Source: a virus (lineage: Duplodnaviria; Caudoviricetes). From it: 37,541 nt of DNA. Positions 8,225 through 16,580 of this stretch are shown here, piece by piece. Location: the IMG/VR virus record IMGVR_UViG_3300018080_000069, positions 1-37,541 of that record; one strand, 5' to 3'. How positions within the stretch are numbered: position 1 is the first letter of the stretch; each line of letters starts with the position of its first letter. Both the position numbers and the translations under genes were made by a program. The notes beneath the pieces are model-generated. The model saw only the letters and a list, made by a program, of their open reading frames with translations, made no database searches and had not been told where the DNA came from.

Positions 8225-8848
8225 TTGATAGCCGCGCTCTACATAGAACCTGACGGCTGCTACGCCGATCTTCCCGGCGTTGATGCGTGGGATGAGGCGC
8301 GCGATGCTCGTGAGTATGCCGGGCCGTGGCCGGTTGTGGCGCATCCTCCCTGTCAGCGATGGGGGAGATTTTGGCACGGCAGCACACGCAAGCCTCACCA
8401 GTACAAGCTTGGTGATGATGGCGGTTGTTTCGAAGCAGCGTTGTCCGCAGTTCGAAAATTCGGCGGCGTGCTTGAGCATCCATGTGACAGTCATGCCTGG
8501 AAATGGTTCGGCCTGGAACGCCCCAAGCGTCACGCAGGATGGAACGAGCCGGACAACCACGGCGGCCGGTCTTGCTACGTTGAACAAGGCCACTATGGCC
8601 ACATGAGCCGCAAGCCCACCTGGCTCTATGCGTGCAAGGTTGGGTTTCCGGAATTGGATTGGTCGAAGGGCGAGCAGCGGTTGCACCCGGTAGCGCTGGA
8701 GCGCTACGGGTACGCGAAGGCCCGGCGCATAGGCATGACTGCAATGGTTGGTGGTAAGAACAAAACCAAGATCAGAAACGCCACGCCGCCAGAGTTCCGA
8801 GACGTGTTGATTTCAATGGCGCGCACCGCTCGGGCGGTTGCCGCATAA
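8225..8848 (+). CDS. Divergent DNA cytosine-C5 methyltransferase-like protein
   Basis: IAALY (motif I-like), VVAHPPCQRW (motif IV Pro-Cys), GVLEHP (ENV-like), EQGHYGH..RKPTWLY (motif VIII-like), RNATPPEF (motif X-like); short, with no clear FxGxG. Confidence 0.55.
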   Translation: MIAALYIEPDGCYADLPGVDAWDEARDAREYAGPWPVVAHPPCQRWGRFWHGSTRKPHQYKLGDDGGCFEAALSAVRKFGGVLEHPCDSHAWKWFGLERPKRHAGWNEPDNHGGRSCYVEQGHYGHMSRKPTWLYACKVGFPELDWSKGEQRLHPVALERYGYAKARRIGMTAMVGGKNKTKIRNATPPEFRDVLISMARTARAVAA

Positions 8849-8864
8849 CTGGAAAGGAACCCCA

Positions 8865-11705
8865 CTACTCTCCGACAAAATCCGGGGCGCGGTCGGGCGC
8901 CACATCGCCCGGCCTCCACCAGTAATCCGTCCCCTGTTTCTCGGCATACGCCTGGCGGCGGCGAAATGCGGCTGCAGCTTCCGGGTCCATCAGCTCCTGC
9001 AATTGGTCGAGCACCACGCGCTGCCACGCTAGCTTCACGTACCACAGCGACGCCACCGGGGTGTTCGCGTCCAGGAATTTCACCAGCTCGCGGCCGGCGT
9101 TGGTGTCCTTGTCAGTCGCAAGCTGGCGGATGTTTCCCGCCGTCAGATTCCATGCATTTTCGAGGCGGCCGACTGTCGGCCCTGCCAGCGTCTCCGCCCA
9201 TGTCCCGCCGAAGCGGTTTGTGTCGGCGAGCAGGAAGTCGCCCCAGATACCCAGGCCCCCGCCTTGCGCGAATGCCCGGCCCCAGAACGCAGGATCATCA
9301 ACCTGCTGCGGATCCTTGCCGTCACGCATAGCCTTGAGCTGCAAGGCCAGGGCGCCGAGCAAAGTCGACGAGATCAACAGCGCGCCCGCGTGTTTCGCCC
9401 CGCCGATCTTGTGCCCCTTGGCCAGCTCCCGGCCAATGCGCGCGACGTGCAGCTGCATCACCGCCACGCTGAAGCTTTTGAACTGCGAGAAGTATCGGGC
9501 AAGCTCGCCCTGCGTCGTGCCGGGGCGGCTTTCGCCCGTCAAGAACGCGCGGCTGCGCACCGTGGCCTGCGGCACCGCGTAATCGGTCTCCTGGATGATC
9601 ATCTCGGCATACCGCTCTGACAGATTCCGCATGTAGCGGCGCACCTTGTCATCGAACGCGTCGGTCGGCAGGCTGCCCGCCGCAAAGCGCGGATCGCCGC
9701 CGGCCAGCACGTCGAGCAGCGCGATCATTTCATCGACATCCTGAAGGCGGAAGCGCCGCGCCATTTCCGCCAGCTCCGGCGATCCGATCTGCTCGACGCG
9801 CTCCAGCAGCTCGCGCAAGCTCATGGTCGCGCCGCCATTGCGCATGAGTGCCAGATCCCCGCTCAGCTCGCGCGCCGCGTCGCGTACGCTCTCATTGACG
9901 GTGGATGGCAGAGCCGCCGCGGTCAGCTCCTGCATCTCGCGCGGGCGCAGGATGTTGGCGCCGGCCGAGCGCGTCGTCGATGCCGCGCCCCGCCCAGGCC
10001 GCAGATCGTGCTGGCGCGCCTGGCGCAGCACGTTCCAGTCGACCTCATCGAAGCCGTATCGCTCCAACGAGCGCCGCAGCTCCGGCGCCAGCTTGTCCCA
10101 TGCATTGTTAGCGTGATCGGCGAACATGCCCTGCATATGCAGGCCGAAACCGTGCCGGCTCGCCTGCGTCCACGTCGACAGGCCCTGCCATGCCAGCACG
10201 CGGTCCGCCAGCACATGGCCGACGCCGGCCGTTGACGCCACGTAGCGATTGCTCTCGCCCATCAGGTGCATCATGCTGTCGTTGATCAGGTCCGCGCGCA
10301 CTGCCTCGCGCCGGCTCATGCCGCCGTTGATGAGATCACCGAAAGCCGTCGCCATGTCCGACGCCAAACCGAACGAGCCGGTTGGACCAGCCGCGAAGCG
10401 CCGGGCCAGCGCTCCGAAAGCGGGATCGGTCACGGCAGAGAGCTGCGCACTGCCGAGCGATACCGCCGTCACAAAATTGCGCACGAAGCCGTTGACATCG
10501 GCCGCGATCTGGTTTGTCGGCATGCCTGCCGAGCCGCGGACGATCGCATACATGCGTTCGGCCACGTCGATCTGCGCGCGGGCATGTCCGGCTGCGTCGC
10601 GGATCTTGCGGCCCGTGATCTCCGTTTTGACAGGGAACCGCGCCGGCGCGCCGCGCGCCGCCTCGGCCGCCTCTTTGGTCACCGCCTGCCGCAGCCATTG
10701 CATCGCCGCATCCGGGTTTGGGCCGAGCACTTCCATCGTCGCGATGTCGCGCGCCATCATGTTGATGTGGCCCATCATCGCCGCCATGATCTCGCCTTCG
10801 CCGAAAGATTTCTGGTATTCCATCCAGGCATCGGCCGACTTGAACACCAGGAACCGGCTTTCGGCGTGCTGGCGCACGAGCGCGCCGCGCCCCTTGACGG
10901 CCATGCTTGGGTCCTGATGCGCCCAGCCCTCACTGGTCACCGTGTCGAAGATGTATTTCAGAACGTCCTCGCGTTCACCGACGAGGATCGGCTTGCCAGT
11001 CAGATGATGGCTCATCCGGTCCCAGTCGAGCCGGCCATCGATGAAATCACGCCAGGCGTCATATTGCGCGAGCCGCATGCGGCGGCCGTCATGGCGCTGC
11101 GGCAGCCCCCAGTCGTCGCGCTTGCCGATCGCGCCGCCCATCTCATTATAGCGAATGCGCAGGTCCTCGGCGACACGCTTCCAGGCCATTGCGAGGCGCG
11201 CCGCCACGACGTCGCCGGTCGCCTCGCCGAACAGCTCGCGCACGACATTTGATTGCCGCGCCTTGTCACGCGTCGCGCCGGTGACGTTCGTGCGCCGGAA
11301 GGCGTGCAGCATTTCCTCGAGATGGCCATGCGCCGCCGCCACGATGGCCTTGCGCCGCCCTTCGATCGATGATGTGCCGCCGACATTCTGGCCGTGGTGC
11401 TCGATCAGGGCGATCATAGCCATGCCCGGATTGATCTGCCCGCGCGCGTCCTTGTAGCTGTAGACGTAGCGCTCGACACGCTCCATCGTCTCGAGCTGCA
11501 ACAGCGCCGCCCGCTTGCGCTGCGTCGCCTCCGCCGCGATGCGCGCGGCGAGCTGCTGCTGCGCCACCCGCCGCGCCTGCGCGGCACCGTACGCCGTTCG
11601 ATACTGCGCCACGTAGCGATCATAAAGCGCGACCAGCTCATCGGCCTGCGCCTGATCCAGCTCGCCTTGCGCGACGGCAGAGCCCAGGCAATCCGCAATC
11701 GTCAT
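8865..11705 (-). CDS. Internal virion (ejection) protein, 946 aa
   Basis: Last large helical protein of the post-tail cluster; WGLPQRHD, FSQFKSF, QGGGLGIWGDFL and C-terminal YWWRPG patterns. Confidence 0.75.
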   Translation of the reverse strand: MTIADCLGSAVAQGELDQAQADELVALYDRYVAQYRTAYGAAQARRVAQQQLAARIAAEATQRKRAALLQLETMERVERYVYSYKDARGQINPGMAMIALIEHHGQNVGGTSSIEGRRKAIVAAAHGHLEEMLHAFRRTNVTGATRDKARQSNVVRELFGEATGDVVAARLAMAWKRVAEDLRIRYNEMGGAIGKRDDWGLPQRHDGRRMRLAQYDAWRDFIDGRLDWDRMSHHLTGKPILVGEREDVLKYIFDTVTSEGWAHQDPSMAVKGRGALVRQHAESRFLVFKSADAWMEYQKSFGEGEIMAAMMGHINMMARDIATMEVLGPNPDAAMQWLRQAVTKEAAEAARGAPARFPVKTEITGRKIRDAAGHARAQIDVAERMYAIVRGSAGMPTNQIAADVNGFVRNFVTAVSLGSAQLSAVTDPAFGALARRFAAGPTGSFGLASDMATAFGDLINGGMSRREAVRADLINDSMMHLMGESNRYVASTAGVGHVLADRVLAWQGLSTWTQASRHGFGLHMQGMFADHANNAWDKLAPELRRSLERYGFDEVDWNVLRQARQHDLRPGRGAASTTRSAGANILRPREMQELTAAALPSTVNESVRDAARELSGDLALMRNGGATMSLRELLERVEQIGSPELAEMARRFRLQDVDEMIALLDVLAGGDPRFAAGSLPTDAFDDKVRRYMRNLSERYAEMIIQETDYAVPQATVRSRAFLTGESRPGTTQGELARYFSQFKSFSVAVMQLHVARIGRELAKGHKIGGAKHAGALLISSTLLGALALQLKAMRDGKDPQQVDDPAFWGRAFAQGGGLGIWGDFLLADTNRFGGTWAETLAGPTVGRLENAWNLTAGNIRQLATDKDTNAGRELVKFLDANTPVASLWYVKLAWQRVVLDQLQELMDPEAAAAFRRRQAYAEKQGTDYWWRPGDVAPDRAPDFVGE

Positions 11706-14700
11706 CGTCTGCAGGCCTCCACAACCTCAGCCGCCCGCGCGTCAGCTTCCGCGGCGCGCACGCTCTCAAATTCACGCCGCCCCACTTCGCCGCTTTCGAT
11801 CCGGCGGAAAACATCATCCGCCGTCAGGAACCCACGTCCACGCAGGACCTGCACGACGCGCCGCAGCACGTCGCGCACGCGGTCGATGATCGCATCGATC
11901 GCGCCGCCGAATGTCGCCCCGGCAGCGCGATCCGCCCACATCTCCGCGATCGTCTCCTCGATCAGCGCCTGCTCCAGCCCGTCCGCATCATCCCCGAACC
12001 GCTGTGCATAGATTTCCTGATACCGCGCATCGATGCTGTACGTCGCGCGCAGGCCGTCCGCCTCGGCACGCGCCGTCAGCGCCGCCCATTCGTCATCGCG
12101 CAGCAGGCCAAGCTGGCGGTAGGCGTGCATTTCCTCGTGCCGTCCGGTCCGCCCCGGATTGTCTGCGGCCAGCGACACGCGAATAAGCCTTTCGTACGGA
12201 TCAAAATAGCCATCGACATCGCTACCCTTGAACGTCAGCCCGTCCGCCAGCTCGACGCGCACATCATCCGGCAAGCGTGCGATCACGGCGTCGATCTCGG
12301 AACGCATCGCCGCCATATCGGCCGCCGCCCGCGGCGTCGGCGCCACAGGATCATGCATCGCAAACAATGGCAACCCGCGCGCATTGACAGCAGCGCGCAC
12401 CTGCTCGGTGATCGGGAATGCCACGAACCCCGCCCCGACAGGACGCCCATCGGCTGCCCGCACCGTGTCTATTTTGACGCCCGCCGCAGCTTCTGGATCA
12501 AGCCTTTTCAATATATCCCGCAGCTTTTTCGGATACATCTCATCATAGGCATATCTGAGCCCGTCAAGCGGCGCGCCCATGCCGAAACCGTCAACGGTAT
12601 CGCCGGACGCAATAGTGATATATTGGACGCCCGCATCAATTGCCTGGATTAAGGCTCGACGCAAGCCCATATTGACCCACCTATCCGTAGTCGCCACCAG
12701 AATATTATCGGGCGCCGCGCTCGACAGCAATGCAATCTCAGCATCTAATCGGCGCACCAGCTCCAATTTGGCCTGCACTGCTTCGCCATATTGATCTCCA
12801 ATCGCAGTCGTCGAATTTATTACAAAAGAGCTTATTCCGCTTTCTTCCAGCTCTTTCACCGCTTTGCCGTACTGCTCGCGCAAGGCTTCCAATTTTTTTT
12901 CATCTCGCCCTGTTTTATCGGTGCGCAGCTTCTGCCCCCAGTCTGACTGCAGCTCTTGAATCACGAAATGTCTGGCATCGGCATCGTCCGCATGCACCGA
13001 CGTCCTGAGATGCAGAATCACATTTTCTTCCAAAAAATGCGACTCCAAGAAATTTTGCCGACCTGTTTCATCATACAATGCCAGCAATTCCGCTCGCCTC
13101 GCATTTCCATCTGCGAGCAAGGCACTTTCTTCTGCCGTGAGAATTTCTCCGCTTCTATCTCTTCTCCATAGCGCTTGCGTTGCTTCTGTCACTTCCGCAA
13201 TTTGCTTGTCTATCTCCTCTATCGTCGGTCCATTTTTTAAATATAAGACCGTCTCTTTGTACGTGGTGTTTCTAGGATCAATTGAATACGATGAAAAAGT
13301 TGCCGGCCGCGCATCTGGATCATTATTTCCGCGCACACGCGCCGCATTTGTATAAATGCCTTCATTAAGTCGCACCCGATGAACTTCTAAAAATTCTATT
13401 ATTTCATCGCGCGTGATCATGTCCTTTTTACTCATATGCTCTACAAGGCCGGTAGCATTCAATTCGGCATTCTTCGCTCCTCCTATTTTGAGCTGCGCCA
13501 GCATCTGATCCGGCGTCCCCCTGACCTGCGTAATCTTCAATGCGGCTTCTAAAGCGCCGGAATAAAACCCCAGATCGTCCGTGCGCGGCACCTGGAGCAG
13601 CACGCGCTGCTCCAGGTCCTCCACCTGACGCGAATGGAAATTTGCCAAACGAATATTCTTCGGATCGAATATTGCAGTCACCGACGTGGGCTCATCTCCT
13701 GCATCCGTGATATTAGACCACGTGACACCATCATACCCTTCATCACGCGCGGCCTTAATGTCCGATGCCCTGCGCCGCTCGTCCAAGCTGAAGGTCTTTT
13801 CGAATTCAATTTTCTTGATCCTGCCGCGCACAAAAGCGCTGACGATGCGTCCACCGTCCACGGGATCGCCAAGCAACCCAAAGGCGTAGTTATTTGCCTC
13901 TGCCGGGTCCGTAGTCAAAAATATTGCGCGATCCGGCGTGCCCGTGCTTTGGCCTGCCCGATCGATATCAAAATCGCTAAAATCTGCCATCGTGCCGTGA
14001 TAGTAAAGTGTCGACGTGTCAAACCCTTCGCTCTCCACGTCGCGGACTTGCAGCAGCACGCGCTGCTCCAGGTCCTCCACCTGGCGCTTGGCCGCTTCTC
14101 CGCCGGGTTCGTCGAAATCGTCGCCGGCGGTGCGCAGGGGCGGCGGGCTGTCGGCGCGCGTCAGGCCGGCCACCCCTTCGGCGTCGAGCACTTCGCCGAC
14201 GCGGCGCGCGAAAGCCTCGCCGGCGATACGTGCCGAGGCTCCGGTCGCGACCCGCGCCGCCGCCTCGTTGAGGAGATCGGACACGCGGCCGGACGACAGC
14301 GCCAGCGTGGCCACCAGCTCCGTCATCTGCGCAGCTTCGTCGGCGCGCGCCCGGTTGCCATCCGCCAGCCGGTTGCCCGCCCCTTCGATGCGACCCGCCT
14401 CTCGATCGAGCAGGCCGAAGATGCGCGCATCCGATCGTAAATGCTTCAGCGCCGCATCGAGCACCTGCATGCGCTCGCGCAACAATGAGCGCGTGCGCGT
14501 CTCCGCGCCGAGCAAGGTCAACTGCGTCTCGACGCGCGCGGGCACGCTCATCATCTCGTTGATAGCGATGCGCGCCTGCTGCGCGTTGTCCGGCGCCAAC
14601 GCCGCGAGCTCTTCGATGATGCCGAGATGACGGCTTGCATCCGGCACGAGATCGCCGACCAGCGCGCCGAAATTGGCCGGCACGACACCGCCCGCAACCG

Positions 14701-16318
14701 CGTCGAACGCCTCATCGCTCAGGCGGCCAAGCGAGCGCGCCGTGCGCATCATGCCTGATGTCATCGGCATGCTGGCGTCGACAATATCGGGCCGGGCACG
14801 CATCACGCGCGCCGCGTCGATCACATCGCCGCTGCCTTCCTGTAGATTTTTTTTTGCAGCCAGCGCGCGCACGTCGTCCGGCGTCCAGCCGTCCGCCTCA
14901 CGGAAGCGATAGCCGTCTATCTTTGGCGCCTCGCCGGTCTCCGCCTCGATACGCTTGGCCAGCCCGAGCCTTTGGTGGCCGTCCGCGATCACACGCGTGC
15001 CGTCTGCCCGCTCGTAAATTACGACCTTGCCGGCCGCCAGGTCGTCCCACGTCATCACGTCGCCCAGGCGCTCGGTGACGCCGGCAGCATCACCGCCGCC
15101 CTTGAACTGGAACGTCGCCGGATCGGAAACGATGCCGCGTGTCGTGAAAGTGCCGAAAGTCACCGGCCGACCATCGACATCGAACCGGCGGCCGGGCGCG
15201 GGCGCATCATCCGTCAGGCGCGGCGTGCGCGCCTCCGGCGCCTGCTCGAGTGCACGGCCGGGCGGTGGCTCCATATCCGGCATTTCCGCGCGCCGCAGCG
15301 CCTGCGCCGTGTTTTCGAGATGCGACCACTCGTCAGCAATGCCGTAGCGCTCGAAGAGGCGCGCATCTTTGGCGCGCTGCGCCAGGTCGCGAATCGACGG
15401 ATCGTCGGCGCGCTCCAGCACATCGGCCAGCGGCGCGCCGTCGCCTTCGTACGCCTTGCGGATGGGATTGTCGGCCGGCAGCCGTCGCGCTGCCTCGTCC
15501 AGCGCCAGCGCCTGGTCCGGCTCTTCAATCCACTTACCGCCGCGCCACACACGCGCGCCGCGATACAGCGAGCGGCCGACCACATCTATGCCCGCGCCGA
15601 AGGCGCCGGCCAGCGCCACGTTTTGAGCGCCACGCAGCACGCCGGCTTCCATGCCCGCCTCCGCACGCCAGCCCTGGATGATCGGCTGCAGGCCCGCCTC
15701 GACCGTGGCATTGATGGCCGCCGCCCGCATTGCGTGCACCATGAGGGTGCGGCCCCCGCCGGGATCGCCGACGAACATCGTCGCCAGCATCGCGGGGTCC
15801 TGCAGCGCACCGACAAACATGCCGGCAAATCCCGCCAGCGTGGAGCCCGTGCCGCCGCGCGACGAAAGATCCTGGAACTGCCGCTCGGCCTCGCGCGCGA
15901 GGCGCCTGGCATCCTCGCGCGGATCCAGATCGGGCCGGATGATATCGCGGTAGTCCGGCTGCTCCTCCGCCAGCCTGGCCAGCCGCGCCATGAAGTCGTC
16001 CGGCGACAGGCGCTCATCGAGATCCCGCGCGACACGCTTCGAGAACAGCGCGCCCATCGCTGCCTCCGGCCCCTGCCGGCCGGTCAGCGTCGTATCGCGC
16101 GCCGGATTGCGCAGCCGCACGCCGGTCGCCCGCAGAATGTCATCGATGCGCCGGTCGTAGGCTTCCTCCTGCGAGACGAGCATGCTGTTGACATTCTCGC
16201 CAACCGCCTGCGACCGCCGGCCGGCTTGCAATATATCCCAGTTGGATGACGGCGCGCCGCGCGCACCGGACAGGCCAAGGCCGCCAAGGTCGTAGGTATC
16301 GAGCGCGAGCACCATCAA
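11702..16318 (-). CDS. Large polyvalent internal virion protein (ParB-like, ART-like, ExQSD-type domain, HExxH metallopeptidase-like)
   Basis: VIADGHQRL (about 14966-14990); YYHGT...IFLTTD..EANNYA...GYDGV...IFDPKNIR (13631-14045); GFYS...GTPDQML...SHF...HLR...IQELQSDWGQ (about 12365-13589); RHEEMH...EETIAE (HEEMH at 12125-12139). Confidence 0.85.
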   Translation of the reverse strand: MMVLALDTYDLGGLGLSGARGAPSSNWDILQAGRRSQAVGENVNSMLVSQEEAYDRRIDDILRATGVRLRNPARDTTLTGRQGPEAAMGALFSKRVARDLDERLSPDDFMARLARLAEEQPDYRDIIRPDLDPREDARRLAREAERQFQDLSSRGGTGSTLAGFAGMFVGALQDPAMLATMFVGDPGGGRTLMVHAMRAAAINATVEAGLQPIIQGWRAEAGMEAGVLRGAQNVALAGAFGAGIDVVGRSLYRGARVWRGGKWIEEPDQALALDEAARRLPADNPIRKAYEGDGAPLADVLERADDPSIRDLAQRAKDARLFERYGIADEWSHLENTAQALRRAEMPDMEPPPGRALEQAPEARTPRLTDDAPAPGRRFDVDGRPVTFGTFTTRGIVSDPATFQFKGGGDAAGVTERLGDVMTWDDLAAGKVVIYERADGTRVIADGHQRLGLAKRIEAETGEAPKIDGYRFREADGWTPDDVRALAAKKNLQEGSGDVIDAARVMRARPDIVDASMPMTSGMMRTARSLGRLSDEAFDAVAGGVVPANFGALVGDLVPDASRHLGIIEELAALAPDNAQQARIAINEMMSVPARVETQLTLLGAETRTRSLLRERMQVLDAALKHLRSDARIFGLLDREAGRIEGAGNRLADGNRARADEAAQMTELVATLALSSGRVSDLLNEAAARVATGASARIAGEAFARRVGEVLDAEGVAGLTRADSPPPLRTAGDDFDEPGGEAAKRQVEDLEQRVLLQVRDVESEGFDTSTLYYHGTMADFSDFDIDRAGQSTGTPDRAIFLTTDPAEANNYAFGLLGDPVDGGRIVSAFVRGRIKKIEFEKTFSLDERRRASDIKAARDEGYDGVTWSNITDAGDEPTSVTAIFDPKNIRLANFHSRQVEDLEQRVLLQVPRTDDLGFYSGALEAALKITQVRGTPDQMLAQLKIGGAKNAELNATGLVEHMSKKDMITRDEIIEFLEVHRVRLNEGIYTNAARVRGNNDPDARPATFSSYSIDPRNTTYKETVLYLKNGPTIEEIDKQIAEVTEATQALWRRDRSGEILTAEESALLADGNARRAELLALYDETGRQNFLESHFLEENVILHLRTSVHADDADARHFVIQELQSDWGQKLRTDKTGRDEKKLEALREQYGKAVKELEESGISSFVINSTTAIGDQYGEAVQAKLELVRRLDAEIALLSSAAPDNILVATTDRWVNMGLRRALIQAIDAGVQYITIASGDTVDGFGMGAPLDGLRYAYDEMYPKKLRDILKRLDPEAAAGVKIDTVRAADGRPVGAGFVAFPITEQVRAAVNARGLPLFAMHDPVAPTPRAAADMAAMRSEIDAVIARLPDDVRVELADGLTFKGSDVDGYFDPYERLIRVSLAADNPGRTGRHEEMHAYRQLGLLRDDEWAALTARAEADGLRATYSIDARYQEIYAQRFGDDADGLEQALIEETIAEMWADRAAGATFGGAIDAIIDRVRDVLRRVVQVLRGRGFLTADDVFRRIESGEVGRREFESVRAAEADARAAEVVEACRR
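13590..13630. repeat. 41-bp direct repeat, copy B, with perfect 12-4-12 palindrome
   Basis: 38/41 identical to 14046-14086; encodes RQVEDLEQRVLLQV; ACCTGGAGCAGC-ACGC-GCTGCTCCAGGT at 13590-13617. Confidence 0.95.
14046..14086. repeat. 41-bp direct repeat, copy A, with imperfect palindrome
   Basis: 32-bp core 14052-14083 is identical to 13596-13627; offset 456 bp (152 codons). Confidence 0.95.
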
Positions 16319-16330
16319 TCTGCCCTCCTT

Positions 16331-16570
16331 TTATTTCACGTCTCGCCAGCTCGCGCGCCAAACGTCAGCGCAGTGGAAGCCGTCAAAATTCGGCCAGCTC
16401 CATCGCACTTCGAGATTGTCCGCAAACCGCCTTTCACCGAGCTGCGGCAGCCGACGCCCTACAAAATGCAAATCGTTCCAGCTCAATTGTGCGCAATATT
16501 GCTGCCGGTCCGAGCTGCGCAGCATATCGAGGCCGATGTAAAAATAGCCGTTGCTCCATCTGATCATCAT
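16331..16570 (-). CDS. Small hypothetical protein (79 aa, aromatic-rich) between two internal virion genes
   Basis: Fills the gap between 16581 and 16318; AT-richer; ATG at 16570. Confidence 0.5.
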   Translation of the reverse strand: MMIRWSNGYFYIGLDMLRSSDRQQYCAQLSWNDLHFVGRRLPQLGERRFADNLEVRWSWPNFDGFHCADVWRASWRDVK

Positions 16571-16580
16571 GTTGAAAGCA

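Noticed and set aside
2701-8848. Diversity-generating retroelement as in BPP-1
   Set aside because: No reverse transcriptase ORF, and I found no template/variable repeat pair matching the tail-fibre 3' end.
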